NCBI GenBank assembly: GCA_964537035.1
Contig: CAZIAK010000002.1
Span: 32,901 to 96,900 of the forward strand
Origin: an uncultured Phycisphaerales bacterium
Lineage (GTDB): Bacteria > Planctomycetota > B15-G4
DNA: 64,000 nt
Direction of reading: 5' to 3'
In this document: positions 1 to 12,043 of the stretch, in pieces
Numbering within the stretch: position 1 is the stretch's first letter
Layout of the letters: every line of letters starts with the position of its first letter
Translations under genes and position numbers: made by a program
The notes under the pieces: generated by a model
What the model was told of the DNA's origin: nothing
Database searches by the model: none
The model's input: only the letters and a program-made list of their open reading frames with translations

Positions 1-629
1 TTGGGCGAACAGGACACCACCACCTGATTGCCGAACACGGCCACACCCAGGGGCGAGACGAGGTCGAGATCCTGGGCAAAGACCGTAGAGCTGTCCGCCC
101 GACCATCACCGTCTGTGTCTTCGAGTACGACGATGCGATCACCCTTTGGATGTTCAAGCCCAGGGTTGCGTCCGTCCCACTTGCGATAGTTCACGGCCTC
201 GGCCACGTAGAGTCGGCCGTGGGCGTCCACATCGATGGCCGTGGGGTTGTAGAGCTGGGGAGACTCAGACCACAGCTCGGCCACCAGGCCGTCGGGCAAC
301 TCAAAGTCGCTCCCGTGGTCTGCATCCCCCAGGCCACCGGCCCTGGGCACCAACCCCGCAGGCTGAACCACCATGGGCGCGGCCACGGGAAACGACGGCA
401 TCGGCACGAGTGTGGGAGGGTCCACCGGCTCGCCTGGGTCCACCGGCTCTCCCGGCGCCCCCCGCTCTCCCGGCGCCCCCCGCTCTCCTCGGTCGGGCGC
501 TTGCTGCCCGAAGACTGGAGGCGCCAGGGCAACCTGGGTCGCCAGACCTGCGCAGAGAATCCAGAGCAGAAGCGCCACGCCCCCGACCCGGTGATGAGAG
601 GACGAGGGGCTGCTCACGAGATCACTCAT
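1..629 (-). CDS. Secreted beta-propeller dehydrogenase-domain protein (PVC-type membrane-bound dehydrogenase or glucose/sorbosone-dehydrogenase-like). This is the N-terminal part; the gene continues beyond the window start. It has a signal peptide and a short collagen-like G-X-Y segment.
   Basis: Manual minus-strand translation from the ATG at 627-629 gives MSDLVSSPSSSHHRVGGVALLLWILCAGLATQVALAPPVFGQQAPDRGERGAPGERGAPGEPVDPGEPVDPPTLVPMPSFPVAAPMVVQPAGLVPRAGGLGDADHGSDFELPDGLVAELWSESPQLYNPTAIDVDAHGRLYVAEAVNYRKWDGRNPGLEHPKGDRIVVLEDTDGDGRADSS... It is not in the ORF track because there is no stop codon inside the window. The LYNPTAIDVDxxGRLYVAE and VLEDTDGDGRAD motifs are typical of this dehydrogenase-domain family. 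Confidence 0.6.
   Translation of the reverse strand, partial: MSDLVSSPSSSHHRVGGVALLLWILCAGLATQVALAPPVFGQQAPDRGERGAPGERGAPGEPVDPGEPVDPPTLVPMPSFPVAAPMVVQPAGLVPRAGGLGDADHGSDFELPDGLVAELWSESPQLYNPTAIDVDAHGRLYVAEAVNYRKWDGRNPGLEHPKGDRIVVLEDTDGDGRADSSTVFAQDLDLVSPLGVAVFGNQVVVSCSP
421..492 (-). repeat. Four tandem 18-nt repeats inside the CDS above, encoding the GERGAPGERGAPGEPVDPGEPVDP collagen-like segment
   Basis: Plus strand reads tccaccggctcgcctggg / tccaccggctctcccggc / gccccccgctctcccggc / gccccccgctctcctcgg. Confidence 0.6.
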
Positions 630-717
630 GGCTCCATGATGGCGCCCCCAGCTGTTCTGTCCAGTCGCGCCCAGAAAGCCATCAGTCCACGAGCGCTGGC
701 TCGACTACCATGCCCCC

Positions 718-1878
718 ATGGTGGACGTCGCCGACCAGAACAACAACGAACCCATGGAGCCCTTTGAGCGGCGTCCGACCCAGGAGGGCTGCCCTGACTG
801 GGTTTCCCCGGGAGCGCCCTCGCGGCCGGCCTGGATCGGCCACCAACCCCGACGCCGACCTCGGCGCCAGCCCGGCGCGCCGGACACCCTGCCCCCCGCC
901 GAGACAAAGGGCCACGCGCCCGCTGGCGTGACCGTGGTGAATCCGGGAACGCCCCTTGAGCGGCCGCCCGAACTGAGCGTGGTGGTCACGGTGAACAACC
1001 AGCGCGACGACCTGGCCCGCTTTCTCGACGATCTCGCCGAAGCCCTCGGAGAGCGCCAGGCCCAGGTGCTGGTGGTCGATCGCAACTCAAAAGACCGCAC
1101 CACCACGCTGATCCTGAACCAACACCCCACGGTGACCTTGCTGCGCACCGCCGCTGACCTCGGGCCTTCGTGGTCCTTGGACATCGGCCTGTCCCGTGCC
1201 CAAGGGCCGCTGATCGTGCTGGCCAGGGCGGGCATGCGCCCCACCCGCCAGGGCCTGGACGCGCTGATCGACCATGTCAGCCAGCATCCCGAGTGCGGCG
1301 TGGCTTCGGTGGGACTGCTCGACGAAGAGGGGCAGCCCATGCCCGGGTCTGCGCACTTCCCCACCCTGCGCCACCTGCTCGTCGAACACTCGGCCCTGTC
1401 GCGACTCATGCCCAACAATCGCTGGCGCCGACACCTGCACACCCTCGACCAGGATGACGAGAGCGGCCCCGCCGTCGACTGTGCGCCAGCAGGGCTGCTC
1501 GCTCTACGGCGCGATGTGCTCGACGACGTGGGGCCCTTCGACACGTCGTTGGCTCGGCACTATCACGTGCTCGACTGGTACCGGCGCATGCGCCGGGCGG
1601 GCTACGAGGTGCACCTGCTCTCTGCCGTACGTCTGGTCTGTCGGCCCGGCGAGGCTCTCACCGCAGACAGGGTCTATCAGCTCCATCGGGACCGCATCCG
1701 CTTCGCCCGCAAGCACCACGGCAAGTGGGGAGTGCGCTGTGCCACCACGGCCCTGTGGTCCTGGGCCCTGGTCGAAGCGGCGGCACGACTGGTGGGCCGG
1801 GGCGGCGGCACGCTGTCTGGCGTGGGCCCCGCACTCGACGCCCTGACTGACGCCTCACGCACTCGCGCCCAGGCGTGA
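718..1878 (+). CDS. Family 2 glycosyltransferase (GT-A fold)
   Basis: 386-aa ORF. LSVVVTVNNQRDDLARFLDDL and QVLVVDRNSKDRTTTLI match the GT2 N-terminal nucleotide-binding motifs. The overlapping minus ORF 705..1544 is low-complexity antisense. The start could be the internal ATG near 754. Confidence 0.7.
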   Translation: MVDVADQNNNEPMEPFERRPTQEGCPDWVSPGAPSRPAWIGHQPRRRPRRQPGAPDTLPPAETKGHAPAGVTVVNPGTPLERPPELSVVVTVNNQRDDLARFLDDLAEALGERQAQVLVVDRNSKDRTTTLILNQHPTVTLLRTAADLGPSWSLDIGLSRAQGPLIVLARAGMRPTRQGLDALIDHVSQHPECGVASVGLLDEEGQPMPGSAHFPTLRHLLVEHSALSRLMPNNRWRRHLHTLDQDDESGPAVDCAPAGLLALRRDVLDDVGPFDTSLARHYHVLDWYRRMRRAGYEVHLLSAVRLVCRPGEALTADRVYQLHRDRIRFARKHHGKWGVRCATTALWSWALVEAAARLVGRGGGTLSGVGPALDALTDASRTRAQA

Positions 1879-1979
1879 GATCAGGCCCGTTGCGGGTGAC
1901 GGCTGCGTCATCGCCCACATGCGCGGCGCAGGCCAGAGATCAGAGCTTGCGCGCCTCACCGATCTGTCGGCCTCAGACC

Positions 1980-3335
1980 TCAGTCCGGGGTCGCAGCCAA
2001 CGCCCTCGGCGCGAGCCAGTCAGCGAAGCTCTGCTCGGCGATCCAGGTGGTCATGTCTTCGCGGGCGCGCAGGCTCAGGGCATCTCGGCGCTGACGCTTG
2101 CCTTTGACTCTCGTCGCCAGGGGAGGCAGCAAGCCGAAGTTCACGTTCATGGGCTGAAAGTGCTCGGCGTCGGCGTCGCGTAGGTAGGCCAGGGCCCCAC
2201 CCAACATGGTGCTCGGTGGCGGCGGCTCGAAGTCGCGCCCCTGCAGACGACAGGCCACGGACAGCCCGGCCATGATGCCCACCGCCGCTGACTCGGCGTA
2301 GCCTTCGACACCGGTGATCTGCCCGGCGAACCAGACCTCGGGCCGAGCGTGCAACGACAGGTCGGCAGCCAGCAGCGCGGGCGACGAGATGAACGTGTTG
2401 CGATGGACGCTGCCCAGGCGCACGAACTCGGCCTCCTCCAAGCCGGGGATCATGGAGAAGACCCGCTTCTGCTCGCCGTACTTGAGCTTGGTCTGAAAGC
2501 CCACCAGATTGTAGAGCTGGCCGTGGCGATCTTCTCGGCGCAGCTGCACCACCGCGTGATGCCGCGCTCCCGTGCGCGGGTCAGCCAAGCCCACAGGCTT
2601 CATGGGACCGAAGGCCAGGGTCTGCCGGCCACGCTCGGCCATGACCTCGACAGGCATGCAGCCTTCAAACCAGACGGTCTTCTCGAACTCTTTCTCGGGT
2701 ACCTTTTCCCCGGCGAGCAGGGCGTCGATGAAGGCCTCGTACTGCTCTTCGGTCAAAGGGCAGTTGAGAAAGTCGGGGTCGCCCCGGTCGTACCGGCTCG
2801 CGGCGAAGATCACGTCCATGTCGAGGGAGTCGGCGCTGACGATGGGCGCGATGGCGTCGAAGAAAGCCAGCCGGTCTCGACCGGTGAGCGCAGCGATCGA
2901 CTCGCCCAGGGCGTCGCTGGTGAGCGGCCCACTGGCCACGATGACAGGGCCCTGATCTGGCACGGCGGCGCACTCCTCCCGCACCAGTTCGACCCCCGGC
3001 AGGGACGAGATGGCGCCGGTCATGCAGCGGCCGAAGCGCTCCCGGTCAAGAGCCAGGGACATGCCCGCGGGTACCGCGCTCTGCTTCGCCGCGGCCACCA
3101 CCAGACTGCCCAAGGACTCCATTTCGTGGAGCAACACGCCCTTTCCCGTGTGCAAGGCCATGGAGCCGAGGGAGTTGCTGCAGACGATCTCGGCCAGATC
3201 GTCCGTGCGGTGTGCGGCGGTCTGGCGCACGGGGCGCATCTCGATCAGGCGCACAGGAATGCCGGCCGCCGAGAGCACACGGGCCGCTTCGCAGCCCGCC
3301 AACCCTCCGCCGATGATGGTGACGTGGTCGTTCAT
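1980..3335 (-). CDS. trmFO: Methylenetetrahydrofolate--tRNA-(uracil54-C5)-methyltransferase TrmFO
   Basis: MNDHVTIIGGGLAGCEAA FAD-binding N-terminus and full-length TrmFO/Gid-like sequence. The ATG at 3333-3335 is preferred over the TTG at 3353. Confidence 0.9.
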   Translation of the reverse strand: MNDHVTIIGGGLAGCEAARVLSAAGIPVRLIEMRPVRQTAAHRTDDLAEIVCSNSLGSMALHTGKGVLLHEMESLGSLVVAAAKQSAVPAGMSLALDRERFGRCMTGAISSLPGVELVREECAAVPDQGPVIVASGPLTSDALGESIAALTGRDRLAFFDAIAPIVSADSLDMDVIFAASRYDRGDPDFLNCPLTEEQYEAFIDALLAGEKVPEKEFEKTVWFEGCMPVEVMAERGRQTLAFGPMKPVGLADPRTGARHHAVVQLRREDRHGQLYNLVGFQTKLKYGEQKRVFSMIPGLEEAEFVRLGSVHRNTFISSPALLAADLSLHARPEVWFAGQITGVEGYAESAAVGIMAGLSVACRLQGRDFEPPPPSTMLGGALAYLRDADAEHFQPMNVNFGLLPPLATRVKGKRQRRDALSLRAREDMTTWIAEQSFADWLAPRALAATPD

Positions 3336-3545
3336 GGCCGGACAGACTAGCAACCTCCACCCGATAGCCCACGATCCGGTGGTATGCTTCAGGGGTCAGC
3401 CACCATGGCGGCTGGCCGGGGACCTGCAGCGTTGGGGTCACCAGCCACTGTCGCCTTGGTGCCACCCGCCCATGAGTCGCTATTGGGAGCGAGTCATCAG
3501 GGCGGGCCAGGTGTCTCTTATCTGACTTGTCCAATGAACTGAGGT

Positions 3546-5090
3546 ATGACCTTGAAGACCCAATTCTCAAGGGTGCTGGCTGCGACAGCACTGATCGTTT
3601 GCACCCTTCCCTGTGGTGCAGCTGCCCAGAACGGCAGCAACTTTCACATCTTCCACAACGGGCTGGATGTGATTTACGGAGGCATCGGAGCGGGCGGATC
3701 CTCCCTCCCCGGCGGCGACGGCCTGGGCCTGCACATCAACGGAGAGGACCTGCGCGGCAACACCACCACGGTCCTCGGCGACTTCGGCTATCGGCAGGCC
3801 GCGTTTCGAGAGTCCCTGTGCGTGCTGGGCCCGCCCAGCCCGGGCCTGGCGCTCGACTTTCCCCTGCTGGCCACCATCGAGTTCGACGGCATCGGCGTCT
3901 TCTCGCCCCAGTCGGTCTTCAGCTTTCCCCGCTGCGGGACGGCAGGCTCGTTCCCCCTGGGCAACTCTGCAGGCTTCGTCCCCTTCGGCGGACCGAGTGC
4001 CGGGAGCTTCGCAATCGTAGGCTTCCCTTCGGCCAGCGGCCTGCCCAGCTCCACAGCTCTGCTGGTTCCGAATCACGGCTTCGTTGGGGGACCGACCACG
4101 GCAACCGCCACTACGGTCGCCTTGGCCGCAGCCACACTCCCCATCGCATCCACCGGATTTTGCTGGGTGATCCAGTTTGGCTGGAGTCCCTCAGCGTTGA
4201 CCTCTGCCGACGACATCGACAGCTGGTACACCTGGCGCACCAACGGTCGGGGCGGCAGCCTCGGGAACCAATACTGGGGCATGTCCAACAACGAGCTGGG
4301 CACGTGGCAGAGCCAGACGGTGGCCAGCAACAACAGCCTGACCTCGATCACCCAGCTCCTGGCCAATGTGAGCTACGAGTACGTCAGCATTGCGGTCAAC
4401 CCCACCACCCAGGATGCCTTGCTCCCTGCCAGCGGAGGGACCTACGGCTCCGTCGGCGCCGGAGTGCCTCACAGTGGCTCCTCGATCAATGGCGGCTTCG
4501 ACGTGGGCATGCACCAGGGCCTCTCGCTCAGCGGCACGGGCGGCGTGCCCAACCCGATCTCAGGCCTGGCCAATCAAGACCCGCTCGGCAGCGCCAGCGC
4601 TGGGCTGGTCCCCACTCTCGGGTTCTTGTCGTCGAACAACAGCCCAGGGCCGGCCGTCCGTTATCGGGTGACCTGGGTCTCCCTCTTCCTTGAGCTGTCT
4701 TTCGGACTCGACCCGGCACTCATGGGTGACGCCACCATGGCCTTCGGGTCGGCTCGAGTGCCCAACCTGATATCGAACGTCTTCCCCGGACCTTTTCCTC
4801 AACCCCTGACGGTGACTTTCCTGCCGACCTTCGTCCACTCGATGGACACCTCCAGTGGAGCCTTCTGGCCAGGCCCATCGGGTTTCCCTGGCGGGACGTT
4901 TGGGACCTCCAGCGTTCAAGGAGCCTCGGCGCACATACCGGTCTCCAGCGCCGGCGGCACCTGCATCGGGCTGCCCTTCGGCTTGCAATACGGCAGCTCA
5001 GCCCTGGCCAGCGCCACGGGCCCGGTGGTGTGGAGCCGCTTCACGTCTGACGCCCCGTCCCACAGCGGTGTGCTGCCCTTGATCGACTAG
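3546..5090 (+). CDS. Secreted Gly/Ser-rich hypothetical protein (514 aa) with no recognisable domain. Its GC is lower than the surrounding genes.
   Basis: Signal peptide MTLKTQFSRVLAATALIVCTLPCGAAAQ. The composition is G/S/P-rich and low-complexity. GC is about 52% over the first 150 nt and about 63% overall, against about 70% in neighbouring genes. Confidence 0.6.
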   Translation: MTLKTQFSRVLAATALIVCTLPCGAAAQNGSNFHIFHNGLDVIYGGIGAGGSSLPGGDGLGLHINGEDLRGNTTTVLGDFGYRQAAFRESLCVLGPPSPGLALDFPLLATIEFDGIGVFSPQSVFSFPRCGTAGSFPLGNSAGFVPFGGPSAGSFAIVGFPSASGLPSSTALLVPNHGFVGGPTTATATTVALAAATLPIASTGFCWVIQFGWSPSALTSADDIDSWYTWRTNGRGGSLGNQYWGMSNNELGTWQSQTVASNNSLTSITQLLANVSYEYVSIAVNPTTQDALLPASGGTYGSVGAGVPHSGSSINGGFDVGMHQGLSLSGTGGVPNPISGLANQDPLGSASAGLVPTLGFLSSNNSPGPAVRYRVTWVSLFLELSFGLDPALMGDATMAFGSARVPNLISNVFPGPFPQPLTVTFLPTFVHSMDTSSGAFWPGPSGFPGGTFGTSSVQGASAHIPVSSAGGTCIGLPFGLQYGSSALASATGPVVWSRFTSDAPSHSGVLPLID

Positions 5091-5181
5091 ATCCCGCGCT
5101 GCCGCCGGGACCACTCCATCAGAACACAGCAAGAGTGAGGCCCTTGGGTGCCCCTCTGCGCTGAGTGGAACTCTTGGCGCA

Positions 5182-7215
5182 TCAGCTGGAGCCGGAGAAA
5201 TAATCCGGTGGCTCGTCCCCGTACTCGAGCTCGACCACCTCCTCTTCGACCGCCGGCGCTGAGGACGAAGTGCTCGCCCCTGTGCCTCCCTGGCTGATCA
5301 CCTCCAGGAAGGCCTCGCCGTAGGTGGCGATCTTCTTCGGGCCTACGCCCTTCACCGCCAGCAGCTCGTCTTCGTCGGCGGGCCGACGGCGGGCCATGTC
5401 GCGCAGGGTGGCGTCGGAAAAGACCACGTAGGCCGGTTTGCCCAGGGCGGTGGACAGCTCTCGGCGCAGATCACGAAGGGCCTCGAACAGCTCGGCGCCC
5501 TCACCGTCGAGGGGATCATCGCTGACGGCCGCTTTGCGACGACCCTTGCCGCCGCCCCGGCGACTCTTGCGCCGGCGACGCCCGCCGTTGCTGCTCTCGT
5601 CTTCGCTCTGCTCTGCCAACGACGGGCGGGGCCGGGTCAGCTCGACGATCTGCTCACCTGCCAGCACACCCTGGCAGCGCTTGGTCAGGGTCAGCACCGA
5701 CCAGTTGGCCAGGTCTTTGACCACGTAGCCCCGGTGGATGAGCTGGCGCAGCACGCCGTCCCATTCGTCTCGGGGTTGATCGCCGCCGATGCCATAGGTG
5801 GACAGCCGATCGTGGCCCAGCTCGAGCACCCGCTTGGCCTTGCTGCCCATGAGCACGTCGAGCACATGCCCGGCGCCGAAGCGCTGCCCCGTGCGCCAGA
5901 TGCATGACATGAGCTTCTGTGCCGCCACGGTGCCGTCGTAGGTCTCCGCGGGTTGCAGGCAGGTGTCGCAGTTGCCGCACTCGCCCGGCGCCTCCTCGCC
6001 GAAGTGGCCGAGCAAGGCCTGGCGCCGGCAGGTGGTGGCCTCGCACCAGCTGGCCAGGGTCGACAGCTTCTGCTGCTCCATGCGCACCTGATCGGGGTTC
6101 TCACCCTGTTCGATCAGGCGATGCATGCGGCCCACGTCGCCAGAGCCGTAGAGCATCCAGGCCTCTGAGGGCAGGCCGTCTCGACCGGCCCTGCCCGTCT
6201 CTTGATAGTAGGCCTCGACAGACCGGGGCATGTCGTAGTGCACCACGTAGCGCACGTCCGCCTTGTCGATGCCCATGCCGAAGGCCACGGTGGCGCAGAC
6301 CACATCGAGGCGCCCGGAGAGGAAGCCGTCCTGGACATCGCGGCGGTCTCGAGAGGTCAGCCCTGCGTGGTAACAGGCGGCGGCGTGTCCGTTGTTGCGC
6401 AGATCGGCGGCCACCTCTTCGGTGCGCCGCCGGCTGAGGCAATAGACGATGCCCGCCTCTCCCCGGTGGCGCTCTGTGAACTGAGCCAGCTGTCCCGTGG
6501 CGCCCTTCTTGGCCGTCACCGTGTAGCAGATGTTGGGCCGATCGAAGCCGCCCACGAAGAGTTCGGCCTCACCCAACCCCAGCTGCTCCATGACGTCGAG
6601 CCGGGTGGCCTCGTCGGCCGTGGCGGTCAGGGCCATCATGGGCACGTCGGGGAAACGCTCTCGCAGCAGGCCCAGGCGGGTGTACTCAGGCCTGAAGTCG
6701 TGTCCCCATTGGGAGACGCAGTGGGCTTCGTCAATGGCGAAGAGGCTCAGGGACACCGTGCCCAGGCGTTCAAGGAAATCGCCGCCCACCAGCCGCTCGG
6801 GGGCGATGTAGAGCAAGTCGAGTTCGTCGTTGTGAAAACGCGCCAGCACGGATCGGGCCTCGGCCCCGTCGAGGCTGCTGTTGTAGGCAGCGGCCGCCAC
6901 GCCCTGCTCGAGCAGGGCGTCGACCTGGTCCTTCATCAGGGCCAACAAGGGCGAGACGATGATCGCCGTGCCCTCTCTGACCACTGCAGGCACCTGGTAG
7001 CAGAGGCTCTTGCCGCCGCCCGTGGGCATGAGCACGAAGGCATCTTGACCCGCCACCACCGAATCGACGATGTCTTGCTGCAGTGGGCGAAAGGCCTCGT
7101 GGCCGAAGACGTCACGGAGGACCTGTTGAGAGTCGCTGGTCAAGGAGGAGCACACCAGTGCATGGGACGGCGGGAGAGCCCGGGCGTTTCGCGGCACAGG
7201 ATAACCCAGTGGCAC
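5182..7215 (-). CDS. recQ: ATP-dependent DNA helicase RecQ (helicase, RQC and HRDC domains, basic/acidic C-terminal tail)
   Basis: VFGHEAFRPLQQDIV, LMPTGGGKSLCYQ, DEAHCVSQWGHDFRPEY and the HRDC-like ELFEALRDLRRELS region. The listed start at 7215 is GTG; the true start is uncertain within about 30 codons. Confidence 0.9.
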   Translation of the reverse strand: MPLGYPVPRNARALPPSHALVCSSLTSDSQQVLRDVFGHEAFRPLQQDIVDSVVAGQDAFVLMPTGGGKSLCYQVPAVVREGTAIIVSPLLALMKDQVDALLEQGVAAAAYNSSLDGAEARSVLARFHNDELDLLYIAPERLVGGDFLERLGTVSLSLFAIDEAHCVSQWGHDFRPEYTRLGLLRERFPDVPMMALTATADEATRLDVMEQLGLGEAELFVGGFDRPNICYTVTAKKGATGQLAQFTERHRGEAGIVYCLSRRRTEEVAADLRNNGHAAACYHAGLTSRDRRDVQDGFLSGRLDVVCATVAFGMGIDKADVRYVVHYDMPRSVEAYYQETGRAGRDGLPSEAWMLYGSGDVGRMHRLIEQGENPDQVRMEQQKLSTLASWCEATTCRRQALLGHFGEEAPGECGNCDTCLQPAETYDGTVAAQKLMSCIWRTGQRFGAGHVLDVLMGSKAKRVLELGHDRLSTYGIGGDQPRDEWDGVLRQLIHRGYVVKDLANWSVLTLTKRCQGVLAGEQIVELTRPRPSLAEQSEDESSNGGRRRRKSRRGGGKGRRKAAVSDDPLDGEGAELFEALRDLRRELSTALGKPAYVVFSDATLRDMARRRPADEDELLAVKGVGPKKIATYGEAFLEVISQGGTGASTSSSAPAVEEEVVELEYGDEPPDYFSGSS

Positions 7216-7233
7216 GGCGCACGAGCCTTCCAG

Positions 7234-9276
<2,043 letters not shown>

Positions 9277-9460
9277 GACCCCTCGTCTGCTGCGGGACGA
9301 CCCCGGCCGACATGACCGAGCGCCCCCGACCAACCCACACCATGAGCGACCCTGCGCACGAAGAGCTGACGCTGCTGACGCCAACCGATCACACGGAGAT
9401 CAAGATCACCTGTTCAGAGTGTCGACGGCGGAACGCCCAGAACTAAGCGAAAAAGGACGC

Positions 9461-11977
9461 TCAGGCCCGAGTGACGCTGCGCCCGGCGAGAAGCGCCATG
9501 AGGTATGTCGCTCCGGCAACCACGAAGGCCGTGGAGAAGCCCGCTCCCAAGGCGATCAGGATCGCGCCCACGGAGGCCAACACCGAGGCACCACCGTTGA
9601 CTCCAAAAGCCCATGGCACAAGGGGCGCAGCTCTCCTGGACAACAGGGTCAGACCGCTCGGAAAAGGCATGCCCATGACGAAGGCCACCGGGCCCAGGAC
9701 CACGGCGGTGAGCAGGGCCCGTAGGTTCCAGTCGAGGCGCAAGGTGGCGTCGAAAAAGTGTGGCAGACCTGTGCCCAACACGACAAGCAGCACCAACACA
9801 CCCAGGAGTGCCCTGCGCAGAGTCCGCCCAGGGTCGTCGCTCTTGCCGGCATGGTGAGCACCGAGTCCGCTGAACAACAAGAAGGTCATCAGCACCACGG
9901 TCATGGCGTAGCCCGGGTGACCCAGGTACAGCACGAAGCGCTGCATGGCCACGATCTCGACCAGCATGTAGCCCGCGCCCAGACCGGCAAAGAAAAGGAT
10001 CCAGCGGAAGCCCCCGGGCACCTTCAGGCCCTCACGCCTGAAGAACAGCAAGGGCAGCAAGACCAGGGCCAGCACCAGGGCGGACGTCTCCAGCAACACC
10101 GTGCCCAGGATCATCAAGCCAATGGGCTTGGCTCCTACCAGGTGCGCGTAGTTGTCGGCCACATTCGGTGCGACCTCAGCGCCTCCGAACCACTCCTGCC
10201 ACAGGTCACCCCAGCGGTAGAAGCGGAAGAAGAACGGGTTGTCGTCATCGACGGGGTCGAGGTTGTAGGGATAGCTGGCCCGGAAGGCGTCATCGGTGCC
10301 CGCAGCCACCGACGCGAAGTAGTCGGCGGCGGGGCCGCTGCTCTCGACACCGGGCGCATGGAGCAGACGCGCCACAAACGCGGGCACACTGGCGTAGGTG
10401 GTGAAGTGCCCCACGTCGTCAGCGGTCAGGGGTTTCTTGCTCACCAGCAGGTGGGCATAACCCAGCTGCAGCTCCACACCATCGTCGTCGTAGCTCGGTC
10501 CTTCGATGGCGGTGAGGATGATGTGGTCGCCCGGGTTCTCGACCCCGGCACGACGGAGGGCATCCACGGCGATGGCCGCCAGACGCAGCACCTCTCTGGG
10601 CGGCTCGAAGCGGAAGCGCACCACCGAGATGACGCCGTCATCGGTGAGGTGCGCCAGGAAATCGTCATACGCCTCGGCGGTGTAGAGATAGCTCTCCGCC
10701 ATGACGTAGCTGCCCGACGCCAGGGCCGCGTAGGTGTCCGTGCCGGTCATCTGGATGATGTCGAAGAGCTCATCGGTGCGGCGCAACCAGCTGCGGCCTT
10801 CGTCGATGTGCACGTTGATGCCGGGCAGGTTGTAGCGGTCGCCGGTGAGCTCGGCGAAGTCGTCCGTCATCAGCGCGGCCGTGGTGTGGTTGATCTCCAC
10901 GCCGGTGAAGTCGATGCGCTCACCCTCGGGCAAGGGCCGGCCAGCAGCGGCCGCCTGCAAGATGTCGATACCGCCACCGATGCCGATGGCCAGAACCTTG
11001 GGCGCCTTCAGGGCCACCGAGCGGTTCAGCGGGTCGAGGAACTTCAGGTACCCCAGGCCTTCCTTGTCGGAGACGTTGGCGACCTTCTCTGCAGAACCGA
11101 TGGGCAGCACCGTGATGGCGTCGCCGTCCTGGTAGATCCACTTCGTGGCCAAGGGATCGGTGCGGCTGCCCACCACGTCCAGGCGGCAGACCGGGTCCCA
11201 GACCGTCTTCTCGACCTGCAGGTCCGGGTCGCTGCGCAGCTTGGCGGACATGGTCTTGAACGGCGCCATGGGCACGTCGAAGAAGGTCTTCGGAGCCAGG
11301 TGGGCCAAGACCAGGGCGATGAGAGCGCAGCCGCCGTACAGGGCCACGCCCAGGCCGGGCCTCGAGGACGTGCTGCTGCCGTCCGGCAGGTCCTTGCCGA
11401 CGCCTCGGGCGAACAACATCGCACCGAGAAAGGTCAGTGCGACCGTGACGAGCACGGCGCCTTCGCCGCCCAGGCTACGCAGCACCGGGATGTAGACCAG
11501 ACAGCCCAGAGCAGAGCCGGCCATGTTCACGCCGTAGAGCCGCCCCACCTGGCCCCGACCGTCGGACAAGACCAGGGCCACGATCAGGCCAGCCAGCAAC
11601 GACGGCAGCAGCAGCACGGCGTAGTCGAGAGCCGCGCTCATGATGCCTTCGGTGGTGTGCATGTCGGCGGAGGCCGCCGCCGCCGTGCGAGTCACCAGGG
11701 CATAGGCGGCGATGATGCTCACCCCGAAGAGCGCTGACATGATCGCCAGCCGCTTCGAGGTGTCGCCTCCCAGCCACTTGGGCTTGCAGGCCAGCAGGGC
11801 TCCGCCCCCAGCGAAACCCAGCATGGTGAAGGTCACCACCAGATAGGTCAGGTGGTACCAGAGCATCACCGAGAAAAGGCGGGTCTGGACCAGCTGCAGC
11901 AGCAGCACGGCGGCGGAAATGAGGGCGATGCCGGCGAGACGACCGCGGGGCAGGCGCTGTGAGGTGGCGTCAGTCAT
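9461..11977 (-). CDS. Fused MFS-type polytopic membrane domain / spermidine-synthase-like aminopropyltransferase (fused MFS/spermidine synthase family)
   Basis: 838 aa. N-terminal and C-terminal multi-helix hydrophobic blocks flank a central PABS-like domain (VLAIGIGGGIDILQAAAA, DIIQMTGTDTY). Confidence 0.8.
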   Translation of the reverse strand: MTDATSQRLPRGRLAGIALISAAVLLLQLVQTRLFSVMLWYHLTYLVVTFTMLGFAGGGALLACKPKWLGGDTSKRLAIMSALFGVSIIAAYALVTRTAAAASADMHTTEGIMSAALDYAVLLLPSLLAGLIVALVLSDGRGQVGRLYGVNMAGSALGCLVYIPVLRSLGGEGAVLVTVALTFLGAMLFARGVGKDLPDGSSTSSRPGLGVALYGGCALIALVLAHLAPKTFFDVPMAPFKTMSAKLRSDPDLQVEKTVWDPVCRLDVVGSRTDPLATKWIYQDGDAITVLPIGSAEKVANVSDKEGLGYLKFLDPLNRSVALKAPKVLAIGIGGGIDILQAAAAGRPLPEGERIDFTGVEINHTTAALMTDDFAELTGDRYNLPGINVHIDEGRSWLRRTDELFDIIQMTGTDTYAALASGSYVMAESYLYTAEAYDDFLAHLTDDGVISVVRFRFEPPREVLRLAAIAVDALRRAGVENPGDHIILTAIEGPSYDDDGVELQLGYAHLLVSKKPLTADDVGHFTTYASVPAFVARLLHAPGVESSGPAADYFASVAAGTDDAFRASYPYNLDPVDDDNPFFFRFYRWGDLWQEWFGGAEVAPNVADNYAHLVGAKPIGLMILGTVLLETSALVLALVLLPLLFFRREGLKVPGGFRWILFFAGLGAGYMLVEIVAMQRFVLYLGHPGYAMTVVLMTFLLFSGLGAHHAGKSDDPGRTLRRALLGVLVLLVVLGTGLPHFFDATLRLDWNLRALLTAVVLGPVAFVMGMPFPSGLTLLSRRAAPLVPWAFGVNGGASVLASVGAILIALGAGFSTAFVVAGATYLMALLAGRSVTRA

Positions 11978-12043
11978 GGCCCGTGGGGCTCTTCCTGGTC
12001 GGAGGGGAGGCGACCGGTGATGATCCGGGGCAGGCAGGGGCGG

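Noticed and set aside
9758-11737. 659-aa plus-strand ORF inside the MFS/spermidine-synthase gene
   Set aside because: It is antisense to a gene with clear TM and PABS features. The product is Q/H/G/R-rich with no motifs.
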